Below are positions 22,910-34,804 of a stretch of 64,000 nt of DNA, piece after piece. The first letter of the stretch is position 1. Each line of letters starts with the position of its first letter. Origin of the DNA: Tubiluchus corallicola (taxonomy: Eukaryota > Animalia > Priapulida); assembly GCA_030141605.1 (NCBI GenBank), contig JAQGDQ010000394.1:62001-126000 (forward strand), read 5' to 3'. The translations under genes were made by a program, and so were the position numbers. Under the pieces are notes generated by a model, which saw nothing but the letters and a program-made list of their open reading frames with translations, was not told where the DNA came from and did not search any database.

Positions 22910-23367
22910 GCGATTATTTAGTTGAAAATAATTAACATAAAATAAATAGCCATGTTTATCTGAAAAACACTTGATTAATGCATCTCACGAATATGGAAAA
23001 TACATGATTTTGAAAAACATTAGAATTTCAGCATTATAGAATCAGCATATAGGCACGGCCTTCAAACTTGAACATCCATGTGTGACAGCGCAATCATTCT
23101 GTTAAATTATTCATGTTAGTACAAAGTAAAATATATTACAAACTAGGAAACTAAGTTGGTATAGAGGATTAAAATTATGTCATAATGTTTGTACACAGTC
23201 ATTGTAAGGTTTTAAAAAACAAATTAGTATTGTTTTATTACTAGATATTTTAATAGCACTAGGCTGTACTACAATTTCAGCGCTAACCAGCCATACTACA
23301 AAAATATAGAACCAAAGAAATTAGAAGAGAGATCAGTCAAATAAAATTAAATTATAATCATGTAATT

Positions 23368-23435
23368 TATTATTATTATTATTATTATTATTGTTGTTGT
23401 TGTTGTTGTTATTATTATTATTATTATTATTGTTG

Positions 23436-23494
<59 letters not shown>

Positions 23495-23575
23495 GTTGTT
23501 GTTGTTGTTGTTATTATTATTATTATTATTGTTGTTAATGTTGTTGTTGTTGTTGTTGTTACTAGTATTATAATT
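23368..23575. repeat. Compound (TAT)n/(TGT)n microsatellite
   Basis: Direct inspection. Confidence 0.96.
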
Positions 23576-23839
23576 ATTATATTTACTATTTTTTGCCTTG
23601 CAAGTGGTCGTGGGACAGCATAAACGTTCAATCGGAATTGCCGCCATCTTTGAAAAGAGGTTTTTCTACAAAAGAACATTATTTTGTTAATGTGATGTTT
23701 CCCCGATATCAGTGTTTCGTTGGTATGCCAAAATTGATGAACTCAGAAAGAAATATCTCTGTTTCGAAACGAAAGTTTTGTTAGCAGGACAGGTATAGGT
23801 TTATTACAGTTAACTAAGGACTAGACATATCGAAGTTTT

Positions 23840-24006
23840 GTTTATTTATTTCACATCAACACGAATACACAATTAATACATTAAAACAAACAAAACAGAA
23901 TCAATAATTCAACGAATAACAAACAGTAAGATATATAATAGGAAGCAAATTTTGGAAAAAATGATTTAAATGTCTTTAGACATAGGTCAACCAATGGTAA
24001 ACAAAT
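23840..24006. repeat. Interspersed repeat copy 1 (homologous to ~32645-32790), possibly a LINE/SINE 3' end
   Basis: Shared atcaataattcaa(c/t)gaataacaaacagtaagata...aattttggaaaaaa...gtctttagac(a/g)taggtcaacc(a/t)atggtaaacaaa. Confidence 0.7.
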
Positions 24007-24645
24007 TTAATAAGCATTAATGACAATTTTTTTCTACACCACTACGTGATTTACTTGGCCATAATTCTAAATTATTTGTGCAATACTCTCGCAATTCAAT
24101 TCAAATTCAGCTCTCGCACTAATATCAGAGCTCATTTCTTCTCTTCTCATGTTGTGGGTCTTTTGAATGCACTTTTGACTTAATAGTGAAACAGTTGACG
24201 CTCAAATCTGCCGCAGTTTCGCGAAGTCAATAACCGTGTTGTGGTTAGGTATCTTAGACTTCGCAAGCAAGCAACTGCCACAGCTAGCATAAATTCTAGT
24301 GCATGGTTAAATTTTTCTTTTTGTTTTACAATCATAAGTAACACTACAATTACAAACAGAAAACCATCACTGTTTTTATTTAGACTGTATGCCGCTCTGT
24401 CATGTCCAGACAGGTTAGTAGTTACAATAATATCCAATGATTTGTTAACAATATGCTAAGATTGATGCGATAGTCCAATTTTTTGTATGCTAATTTTATA
24501 CTTAGCTTTATTTACTTTTTTGCAGAAATCACTTTTGCATCGCCCAATCTGTAAAAAAATTGTTCGGGATGCAAAATCAGTTATCCCATCTGTGAATCAG
24601 TTATCCCGTCTGTGAAGCTTGAATCTTAGTGTAGTGAATGCGGCA

Positions 24646-26286
24646 ATGGATTGCTCTCATAGTAAAACGAGAGAAGATAATGTAGAAATTAACAATGTGC
24701 CAGTACAACTTGAATATAATGTTGCAACAAGTAACGTGGAAAATAGTGAAGCAGCAGTTTGTAGTTTTCAAACTGATAAATTGTTTGTAAAAACTGAACA
24801 TGTCAATAATGATGTGGACAACAGTGATGTACAACAGAAAAAGCCACTTGATCTTATGAACGAGAAAAGTGATAATAATGTGTTAGCAAATACTTCAGCC
24901 AATTGGTTGAAAGATGAAATGGTTTCTAAACATGTAAAAAATGAACCAAGTACTTCAGTTGATACCTTAGAAAATTGTTCGCAAGGTGTAATGATTGACT
25001 GCTTATCATCGGTAACAGGTCATGGAATCTTAACTCAAAAGGTAAAAAACACTGAAGATTGTTTGCAATACGAAAGCGAAATTTCTTTTGAGTGTCAACA
25101 AGGTGGCACTGTTTCCTTTTCTTTGCATTCACCAAATTCACGCAAACTGACTTCAAACTTATCAAGGAGACGTTTACTGCGTCGCGCGAGCACAGAACTT
25201 TATAAGTGCAATCAGTGTGCTTCTACCTTTGTTAAATCAAGCCATTTGGAAGAGCATCAAAGAAGTCACACAGAAGCAAAGCACTTCAAGTGCACTCAGT
25301 GTGATGCTGTTTTTACACTTTTCAAAGAACTGAATTTGCACATGAGGCTTCATACGGGAGAGAAACGATTTGTGTGCTCACAGTGTGATTCTGCTTTCGC
25401 TCGCCCTGCTTATTTGAAACGACATATGAAAAGACATACAGGTGAAAGACCATTTAAGTGCACATGGTGTGATAATGCTTTTATTTTTTCTTATAAGTTG
25501 AAAGAACATATAAGGGTGCATACTGGGGAAAAACTTTTCAGGTGCACATGGTGTGATGCTGGTTTTGCTCGCTCTGCTCATTTGAATCAGCACATAAGGA
25601 TTCATACAGGGGAAAAGCCTTTCAAGTGCACACACTGTGATGCTGCTTTTACTCAACATCATGGTTTAAAGCAACATATAAGGACGCATACTGGGGAAAA
25701 ACCTTTCAAGTGTACCCTATGTGATGCTGCTTTTACTGTGAAGCAAAGTTTGACATGTCATTTGAGAAATCATACAGGCGAAAAACCTTTTAAGTGCACA
25801 TGGTGTGATAATGCTTTTGCTTTTTCTCATAAGTTAAAACAACATATAAGGGCTCATACTGGGGAAAAACTTTTCAGGTGCACATGGTGTGATGCTGGTT
25901 TTGCTCGCTCTTCTCATTTGAATGAGCACATAAGGATTCATACAGGGGAAAAGCCTTTCAAGTGCACACACTGTGATGCTGCTTTTACTCAACATCATGG
26001 TTTGAAGCAACATATAAGGAGACATACTGGGGAAAAACCTTTCAAGTGCACCTTATGCGATGCTTCTTTTGCTGGGAAGCCCAGTCTGACATGCCACTTG
26101 AGAAATCATACAGGGGAAAAACCATTTAAGTGCACGCAGTGTAATGCTGTTTTTGCTCAGCCTAGTAATTTAAGACAGCACATGAGAAGTCATACAGGGG
26201 AAAGACCTTATAAGTGTTCACAGTGTTTTTCCACCTTTTCTCACTCTGGCAGTTTGAAGAGGCATATTAAGAGTCATAAAGGGTAA
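24646..26286 (+). CDS. C2H2 (Kruppel-type) zinc-finger protein with 13 tandem fingers (25201-26280) after an acidic/low-complexity N-terminal region
   Basis: Uninterrupted ORF; 13 x CxxC-x12-HxxxH with TGE[KR]PF linkers; acceptor ttttttgcag at 24525; first in-frame ATG at 24646 (in-frame TGA at 24613). Confidence 0.93.
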   Translation: MDCSHSKTREDNVEINNVPVQLEYNVATSNVENSEAAVCSFQTDKLFVKTEHVNNDVDNSDVQQKKPLDLMNEKSDNNVLANTSANWLKDEMVSKHVKNEPSTSVDTLENCSQGVMIDCLSSVTGHGILTQKVKNTEDCLQYESEISFECQQGGTVSFSLHSPNSRKLTSNLSRRRLLRRASTELYKCNQCASTFVKSSHLEEHQRSHTEAKHFKCTQCDAVFTLFKELNLHMRLHTGEKRFVCSQCDSAFARPAYLKRHMKRHTGERPFKCTWCDNAFIFSYKLKEHIRVHTGEKLFRCTWCDAGFARSAHLNQHIRIHTGEKPFKCTHCDAAFTQHHGLKQHIRTHTGEKPFKCTLCDAAFTVKQSLTCHLRNHTGEKPFKCTWCDNAFAFSHKLKQHIRAHTGEKLFRCTWCDAGFARSSHLNEHIRIHTGEKPFKCTHCDAAFTQHHGLKQHIRRHTGEKPFKCTLCDASFAGKPSLTCHLRNHTGEKPFKCTQCNAVFAQPSNLRQHMRSHTGERPYKCSQCFSTFSHSGSLKRHIKSHKG

Positions 26287-26721
26287 AATGTAAGTTTTCA
26301 TGTATCAGATAGTTTCTGGTTTAATTTCCTAAAATTTCCTTGCCTGAATTACGTCATAAACACCACTTTTGATATCCAAATGATAAAACCGCTATAAAAC
26401 CTATGTCAATGGCTAGTTGGTACACAGTGAGATAAAAATTACCAAAACGGTTTGTAGGATTGGAGAAAATCAAAACAACCCGATGATTTTTAAAAAATTG
26501 GCAGCTCCTATGGCAACCAGATCAAACTGCACGACAATGTCGTCATCATTCTGAAAATGCAGGAACGTGAAAGGGATAAAAGACTTTATTTCAGTTGGTA
26601 GAACTTTTAACAACCTGACCTAGCAATAATCTGATACGAAATGTCCAGATTTAAAAGTTACTAATGATTTTGCAAACTTTTATAAATAACAGTGAAAGAT
26701 TAAGACAAGCTATATGTAGTG

Positions 26722-27179
26722 CAGTAAACTCCGCATAACTGAGATCCAATCGGATTGAAAAAAAGTTTTTAGTTGGGAGATGACCATTTTCCAGCCTAGA
26801 AGATCTAAACCCCTCCTTCAGACGGCAAGCTAAATAGAAGGCAGAAAGTCAACTCTTCTATACATAAACAAGGAGATTTGATGACAGTTACATAAAGAAT
26901 AACAAATTATGTAGTGACGAAACATACTACACATACTGTACTGTTTTTGAGCTGTACAAAACTTTTTATTTTTCTTGAGTATAAATTGCATTTTTGAGCC
27001 AGGCAAAGTAAATTTCATGTATCTTCATTAAAGGAACCACAATTTTTTATCTGAGTTAGGAGAAAATTTGAGCGATAAATTTTGAGTTAAGCGATGCTTT
27101 TGTGGGAGAAACAAAGGATTTCATCTGAGTTCGACTGAAAATTTGAGTTATGTGATTTTGAGTTACATGGAGTTTACTG
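26722..27179. mobile_element. Tc1/pogo-type MITE
   Basis: TIRs cagtaaactccgcataact ... agttacatggagtttactg; internal ttgagtta repeats. Confidence 0.7.
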
Positions 27180-28369
27180 AACTGGCTTTGAGAAATACCA
27201 GCCTACTATGGGTCACATAACTGAGTTTGAACCATTTTATCTGCTGCTTCTCTTTTACAAATGTCAATGGAAAATCTTCTATCATGCTTTTTCTGTGTAA
27301 CGCATTTGTTGTTTTTATATTATTTTAGTTAACAACATTCTAGTTATTTTGATAATTTTTGCTGTTTTTGTAAATAAAGAAAATTGTAGTAATTTGTGTA
27401 TGTTTCATAATTATTTGTTTATTGTAATTTTATGTTCTGTCTTCATTTTCTTAGTCTCAGCCTGTGCAAAAACTTATTGTTCATCTGTTGCCATAATTAG
27501 TCAACGTCTTCTAATATCTCTGATAATAAATATTCTGATAGTATCTCTAATAAATTTGTCTCTGTATTTGTTTTGACTTCTTGAGCAAGTAAGATAGTCT
27601 TGTTTTTGCCAGCAGCCCGGAAATGAGAGCGACTATATCAAATAGCCTGAAGCCAGTAATAAACTAATTCATTTCTGAAGCACCTCATGCAGTTTTGTTA
27701 ACTAATGTAAACAGTTCTTGCAAAATAGAAACCCTCAGCCTCTGAAAATGTGTTGAAGTTATTTGTACCCATTTGTAAGATCAGACAAGTTGGCTGGCGT
27801 TTTATTGTTTTACTTGATAGCTTAGTAATTCACCTGTTATTACTATTGAGCTAGACGAATTTGTTAGTGGTATTGAACTGGTGTACTGTACTTGTCAACT
27901 TTCCAGAAAATTTTCTGGAGATTCTTAAAAATATTTGTAATATTCCACAAAAAAGATTGGGAAGTAATAAAAAATTGTTTACAGAAATTTCAAAAATGTT
28001 TGTACTCGTACAAATTTAAAGTACAAGTACACATAAAATTGATGTTTACTGTATTTAAACTAAGGTAATTCAATAAAGTGTTGCTGTTCTTTCAAGCCTT
28101 TCTAATTAAATTAATAAAGTTTAATAAACAGCTTGTATGAAAAGTAAAATCTAAATTAGAAATAAGATTATAAATTTAAAATATAAACACTCTCCTCTGG
28201 TTGCTTCCTTTCAGCCATTTTTCTTCATCTTCTTTCTCCTTTTGTTTTTCATCAAACCGTTAGATTTGGTTGCTTAAATTTTTCCTTTTTTCAGCAACTT
28301 TCCACCTGCTCGCATTTGCTTCATACTGCGTTACTATCAGGGTTCCTTTCAATGTCGTGTTTGTCGCTG

Positions 28370-28890
28370 TGCACGGTAAGAATGGCACAAATGGAAAAGT
28401 AGGTAAAAATGGCACAGCAAAAAATGACACGAAATGGCACAGGAAAAAGTGGCACAGTAAAGAATAACACAGGTAAAAATGGCACAGTAAAAAATGACAC
28501 AGGTAAAAATGGCATGGAAAAAATGACAGTAAAAAAGAACACAAGTAAAAATGGCATGGAAAAAATGACACAGTAAAAAATAGCACAAGTAAAAATGGCA
28601 TGGAAAAAATGACACAGGTAAAAATGACATGGAAAAAATGGCACAGTAAAAAATAACACAGGTTAAAATGGCACAGTAAAAAATAACACAGGTTAAAATG
28701 GCATGGAAAAATGACACAGTAAAAAATAACACAGGTAAAAATGGCATGGAAAAAATGACACAGTAAAAAATAACACAAGTAAAAATGGCATGGAAAAAAT
28801 GACACAGTAAAAAATAACACAGGTAAAAATGGCACAGTAAAAAATAACACAGGTAAAAATGACACAGTAAAAAATAATACAGGTAAACTA
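28370..28890 (+). repeat. Minisatellite of cacaggtaaaaatggcac/agtaaaaaataa units, probably the subterminal array of a non-autonomous DNA transposon
   Basis: Direct inspection; overlapping ORFs on the minus strand are repeat-derived. Confidence 0.85.
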
Positions 28891-29479
28891 TTACAGGTGT
28901 TGTTCATATTATTGGAAGGGAAACAAATCTTTGCCTTTATTCAGACTTGCTTGTTGTAACTGAAATTTAATACTAAACGTAGTTAATTTCTGATTGCCAG
29001 TTAAATGACTTTATAATAAGTCTATTACCCAGACTCGGTGGGGGGGGGCGCCACCATTGTTGGCGCCCAGAAAATTTTTGAACTGCTAGAACGCCGGAGA
29101 AGCATTTTCGAAGAGAAAATGTGGAGTTATACAGTTGTTAAAGGAAAGAACAATTGAAAGAAAAACTGCTTTATTCTCAAGACCAGTCCTTAATACTTGT
29201 CAAATAGTCAAATAAAAAACAACATCTTTGCAATATGTAATGCCGTACTCTCACTTCCGTACAAGCCGGTGTTAGAAATTCCGAAATTGAAAACAGCTGA
29301 ACATCGGCACCGAGCCGCACAAGGCAAACGGCGCGCATGCGGCAAGAGAGAGAGAGGGGGGGAAAAAGAAGAGGCAGTTTGTTCGCATAAAGGAAAAAGT
29401 TACCTCGGCGCGAGGCCCCCCCCCCTGGAAGGTGAGGCCCCGGGGAAGCATCCCCACTTCCCCCCTTGAAATAGGGCCT

Positions 29480-30951
29480 GCTTAATAGACTCACTTTGGG
29501 ACCGATGTGCTTTGATCCAATTAACCGACTGAACCTATTAACTGATGGCTGTAGTATTACTGCTATAGAAGTATGAGTGATCAACTTACTATGCACTGCA
29601 AAGGTTTTTAATGAATCTTCGCTTACGCAAACATGCTTGACACGCAGGGAAGACGGCTGCCATTGCACAGTGTGGTTAGTTTGTGACGTAAGCAATAGTT
29701 GTGTTCAGTTACCGATAATTAGTGTTCCAAGGTATTATTCAAATATTAGAAACAATCGCTAACTTTTATAGGCAAAAAATGTATATTTTGAATAGTAAGT
29801 AAGGTAAATAATGCCTAAATTCCTTGTGCAGTTAAAAATTAGAAAAAATATTTTAAATATAATTTATATAAGTGATTTAACAGTAAATTAAAAAGTATAC
29901 TTTTCTCAATCACGCAGGGCCGGAACTTGATGTGGCAAGCGGGGGGGGGGGGGAGGTTTCCGAAGTGGTTAAATAATGGTTAAGCCAGTTTTAACCCCTT
30001 TTATACTGCATGCAGGCCTATAATTAGCGTGTGTAGGACGGCGTAGCGGACAAAGCAATAATGAGAAAATTAACTCTCAGTTAACCTAACGTTATTAATG
30101 TGCCTCTAACTAAATTGTTATTTACAGAAAATATTGAAAATGATTACATGCGAACTGCAATTTTCACTGCAAAAAAAATTATTTGTCCGATTTTGCAGGG
30201 GGGCGCAAATTTTGACAAGGGGGCGCCCCCCCCCCTAGTTCCGCCCCGGCAATCACGCAATTGTGTTTATTCGCAAAATTAATGGAAATACGTCCAAAGT
30301 CGGCTGATTCATTCTTTTGAAAATTAAATAATTAAATAATTAATTAAATTTGTGACAAGTTGGGTCAGAAAGTTTTCGTAATGATAAAAACGTTTAACTG
30401 TTGTTGTATGATACACAAAAAAATGTGCTTGAACTGTTGGTGGTGACCGTACTTGTCGGCATGTGGTGTCGTCTGCAAACTCTCGCTTGCTATCGTGACG
30501 CACTTGTCGGCATGTGGTTTATCGTGACGTACTTGCCGGCATGTGGTTTATCGTGACGTACTTGTCGGCATGTGGTTTATCGTGACGTACTTGCTTGTAC
30601 TGTACCTGCATCCCTGGCATAACAACAAGCAGGCAACTGATTAAACCTTCTGGAAAAGCGAGCCAGAACTTCTACTAAAGCAAACCATTAGCTATCGTAT
30701 CATTAGCGTATGACAAACGTTCCTGCTTACAAACAAAACGGTACTTAACATGATTGTTTTATGTATTATGTGACAAAAGCGAACTAAAGTCATAAAAGCT
30801 TATTAGTCACACGAATATGTCTCATTGTAGCACATGAAGCAAAAATATTGAGTCAATTACCGACCGTTTTATGTGCATTTGAATACCAGCGGCCCGTACC
30901 GGGCGCTTTTGAGTCAATTAACCGATTGAGTCTATTAAGCGGCGCCTACTG
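29480..30951. mobile_element. Tigger/pogo-derived non-autonomous element, copy 1 (left TIR clipped; nested hAT MITE inside)
   Basis: gcttaatagactcactttggg... to ...gagtctattaagcggcgcctactg|TA; homologous to 57431-58374. Confidence 0.8.
29915..30249. mobile_element. hAT-type MITE with perfect 8-bp TSD CAATCACG
   Basis: caatcacg|cagggccggaact...agttccgccccgg|caatcacg. Confidence 0.85.
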
Positions 30952-31239
30952 TAGCAGTCATCAGTATCATCGTCACTCAATATCAACTTCAGGTTATTCT
31001 GAAATTGACAAACTTATGTTTTGCATTGGGGATTTGCTTCTTAAATTGCGTCATCATAAATGATCATCGTCGCTTTTCCTCATCAGCTCTTGCCTATCAC
31101 CATCATCATCATTATCATCATCTTCACTTCCGTAATCATCGTAATCATTTTCGTCATTGTTCGTGTGCATTGAAACGCCTAGAAATGGCTAAAATTGGTA
31201 GCCACAATCTTTCAAACAAGGAGCAAACTTAGAAATTTA

Positions 31240-31400
31240 AAGGGGGCTTGAAAATAACTGGCTTGAAAAGTTTGTTTGATTGTGCGAAGTGTTTCTGTGA
31301 TTGTAATTATAAATCCTGACATCAGATTCAACTGAATCAAGTTGGATTCAACAAAAACAAATGCGTTTGTAATATCAGATAAAAAAATCTTCGCTAGACA
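31240..31400 (+). repeat. Interspersed repeat, homologous in inverted orientation to ~44640-44795
   Basis: gcttgaaaa...tgtttgattgtgc...gaatcaagttg...ttcaacaaaaa...aatatcagataaaaa...tcttcgctagacaa shared. Confidence 0.65.
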
Positions 31401-33699
31401 AATGTAAATATGTAAATACGCTATGTAAATATTGTCTATTGGAATATGCTTCTCTCTGTTTTGAAGCTTAACAGAACTGTAACAAAACTGTTGGATTATG
31501 ACTAGCAAAATAACGAAATAGCCAACTAACAGCTAGGCTATGGGGGGGGGGGGGTGCTATATGAATGGTCCAGTTAAGTTCCTAAACCCAATGACGTATG
31601 GTAATAACTGGTTACCGCTTGCTTTTAATGCAGAGATTCTTATGATCTATGAAGTGTCAGGATCTATGACGCGAATGAATATGTGGCAACACTATCGTGT
31701 AGTTTTGTAAAAAATGCCATTAATTTTTGAAAATTGCTATACCTATTTACACCATTAATGTACACGTTAGTGTAATTAATAGTTTACGTAGTGTGTTACA
31801 ATGTTAGTTTTTGCTAGTTAGTTTATTTCTATGTTTACCTTAGTTTAACAAACAATTTGAGAAATACGTTGCATTATGTAATAACGCATTGCGTGAGAAA
31901 CACTAGCAAGTGTAAGTCAAATTCAATATGGCTAGGGGATTATTTTGTTGCCATTTTACGTTGCTCACTCTGTATTTGTCTTCTTGTTGGTCAATACAAG
32001 TCACTAAGTTGTGATTAAGCTGCCTTTTTATAAATTTGGTTTTTGATCTTGTATTTGTAAAGCACTTTGAATTGTAAATGTTGTAATTGTAAGAAAGGGT
32101 TTTAGGACTTTTATTTTCAAATTGTGTGCTTTTGACTATAAAAATATGCTATGTAAATATTGTTCGATGCTTGAAGTATCTTGGTTTGATTGTCCTCTGT
32201 TCATTGTAGTGATAAAGTAGAATCGTCTAAAGAAAAAACAAATTTTATTATTCTTTTATTCCTAGAATCACGTACAGCACAATGTTACTAGTTTACTGCT
32301 TGTTTCACAGTTCATGTTCTTGCAAATACTCAAATCTCCTCCTAGATGTGAGAAGAACTTTAAATTTACAGTAAAAGCAGGCTTGATTTTTTTATTATCG
32401 CTGTTACTGCATGCTGATATCGCTAGCTATCATACTAAAATTACAATTACAAATCGCACAATGCACACACTACTTATAAAGATACAATTTCACACATATA
32501 CAGCGCTACAAAAAACCTATACCACGTTGTCAAGAACACAATTACACAAGTCAAACTCAACAATTTAAACCAAAGACACGACATCAAACCTTGATGTATA
32601 AACCTTGACGTACAAAATGAATGTATATAAACACAAATTCAACACTAATACACAATTAATACTTTAAAAGAATCAAAAAGTTATCAATAATTCAATGAAT
32701 AACAAACAGTAAGATACATAATAGGAAGGAAATTTTGGAAAAAAATTTTAAACTGTCTTTAGACGTAGGTCAACCTATGGTAAACAAAGATAGTGCTATC
32801 GCTACTTCCTTTAATACTGGTGTCTAAACAAAACTTATGTATAGTATCATTACAAATATACTAATTTGACTCTCAAAACACTCTGGGGTTGAAAGATAAA
32901 CAAGAAAATTATCGCAGTTGTATGATGCTTAGTAAATTCGTATACAGTTTACTTTGAGCACAAGGCTAGTTTAGATATATCATAGTTTAGGTTTGCTATA
33001 TATACTAATGTAAATGTGTTGCGGGCAATCAAAAAGCAGGGCTTGTTAGATTGCCCACACTGTGAAAGAAAAATGTAATAAGAAAAAAGCAATAAGAAAA
33101 AAGTAATACATCGTTTTACTTGTTTGAGACTTGAGGACAAAAGAACTTACTACACTCTATGACTCGAGTATATATTTCCCGTGAACGGCTCGTGCGTGTT
33201 GCTCTACTTGCGTGTTTTATCAGTTAGTTCTGCCTGGTAGTTAATTTATTAGATTTTGTCTCGTGGTGGCACGCATATTTTCGAAAAATGATTATTTTTT
33301 TAATTTAAATTCTTAAATCGAATTATTTACGGCCTTTTGATTTATAATGTGTACCAGAACGGAAACCTGTAGCTGAAGGTGCTAGTGCAAAGCAGACCAA
33401 CTCTGTGCTGCGAAGTTTACTAAAGTTTAAATTGTGGTTGGCTGTATCAATGAAATCCTCACGAATCCGGAGTACAACCACGCCTTCTGATTTACAACTT
33501 AGACACTTTTTTATGCATATCTATGATAAACAGAGCGTTATATTATGCAAGCATACACTTGTCTCGTATTCATAATTTTTAACTGTCCTTCATACACTGA
33601 TAAACCCAACTGTTTCATCAGCTTAAAGTGGTAATATAGCGCATACCATCTTTCTGCTGTCAAGTTTACTAGAGTTTAAATTATGAATGGCTGTAAAGA

Positions 33700-33905
33700 T
33701 GGAATGATACAATGTCATCGATATACCCATTAGCATTATCAGCTGCTGGTTCAAGGATCTGGTCAATCAATGCTTGTGCAGTAGCAGCATTATTGCATAA
33801 TCCAAAGTGAAGTACAAGGAATTGATAGTGGCCAGAATTAGTTAAGAAGGCTGTTAGTCTCTTGGAGTTTTCATCCAAGGGAATCTGCCAATAACATTTT
33901 AACAA
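33700..33905 (-). mobile_element. Ty3/Gypsy reverse-transcriptase fragment
   Basis: LKCYWQIPLDENSKRLTAFLTNSGHYQFLVLHFGL...YIDDIV. Confidence 0.9.
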
Positions 33906-34370
33906 TCACATGAAAGTTATCTCTGAAAAGACCTGCGGTTTTTCAACAGATAACATGAAAGCTATTTCTCAAAAGTGCTGTGGTTTTTCAACAGTTAACA
34001 TAGAGAAAGAGCCATGTGGCTATTTTATCTTTGTGTTTACTGTTTTATTTTTCTGTAGGTTTGGATCTACAGCTGGATCTTTTCCACCAAAAATCCACAA
34101 GATGTGAGTGGCAGCAGCAAAAGGAAGAAGCTGCCATAGCTGCTGCTGCAGCTAGAGGGCTTCCGCCACCTCCCCCGGCACGTCCGCCATTGTACAAAGG
34201 TGGCTAACCGCATCTTGAACTGACCAAAGTAAGTGCAATTTGATGCTATATTGTTAGCGTTTTTAGATAACTTAGCAACGAAAGATCTACAAGTGAATTA
34301 ATCCCTAACATAACCCTAACCGTAGCCAAATTAAACAATTATTAGCAATTTTCCAAAAATGGATGATCAT

Positions 34371-34804
34371 CAGGGGCGTATCAAGACTTGGCGACGCCTT
34401 AAGCAGATAGATCTGTCTCACCCAACTGTATTGTGAATTTATGATTTATTGTGCTGAACAGATAAAACAATTATTTGTGGTGCATTGGTAATACTGTTAA
34501 TCTAGTTTCACATGGTTGTTATTAATTGCGTGTATAAAAACTGAGCTTATAAACAAGCAGGCTGGGAAACCCTTGTTGTGTAGTACCTTGTACTTGTTCG
34601 TTATATGGTGCTTATATAGCAAACGATCCCAGTAACTGCCTGTAGTGTGTTATACAACACTTGTTTTACATGAATATGAACGGTCACAACATGTTCCGAG
34701 TAGAATAAGAATTTATTTAAAATTGGGCACTTAAAATGTGGCGCTGCTCAAACTTTGGCACCCTAGACTATAGCCCAGTTAGCCTATTGGTTAATACGAC
34801 CCTG
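34371..34804. mobile_element. hAT-type MITE with 8-bp TSD (ATGATCAT/ACGATCAT)
   Basis: caggggcgtat...atacgaccctg imperfect TIRs; flanking 8-mers match at 7/8. Confidence 0.75.

Noticed and set aside
23333-23679. Poly-Asn, poly-Ile and poly-Leu ORFs
   Set aside because: Trinucleotide microsatellite translations
24575-24615. 20-bp duplication as a frameshift hiding a longer ZNF N-terminus
   Set aside because: The in-frame TGA at 24613 remains after removing one copy, so the frame is not restored
21930-28890. Pack-type transposon capturing the zinc-finger gene between two related terminal arrays
   Set aside because: The arrays at 21930-22015 and 28370-28890 point away from the gene, so they cannot be the paired ends of one element around it
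28260-28907. Cys/Phe-rich membrane-like ORFs
   Set aside because: Translations of a minisatellite in several frames
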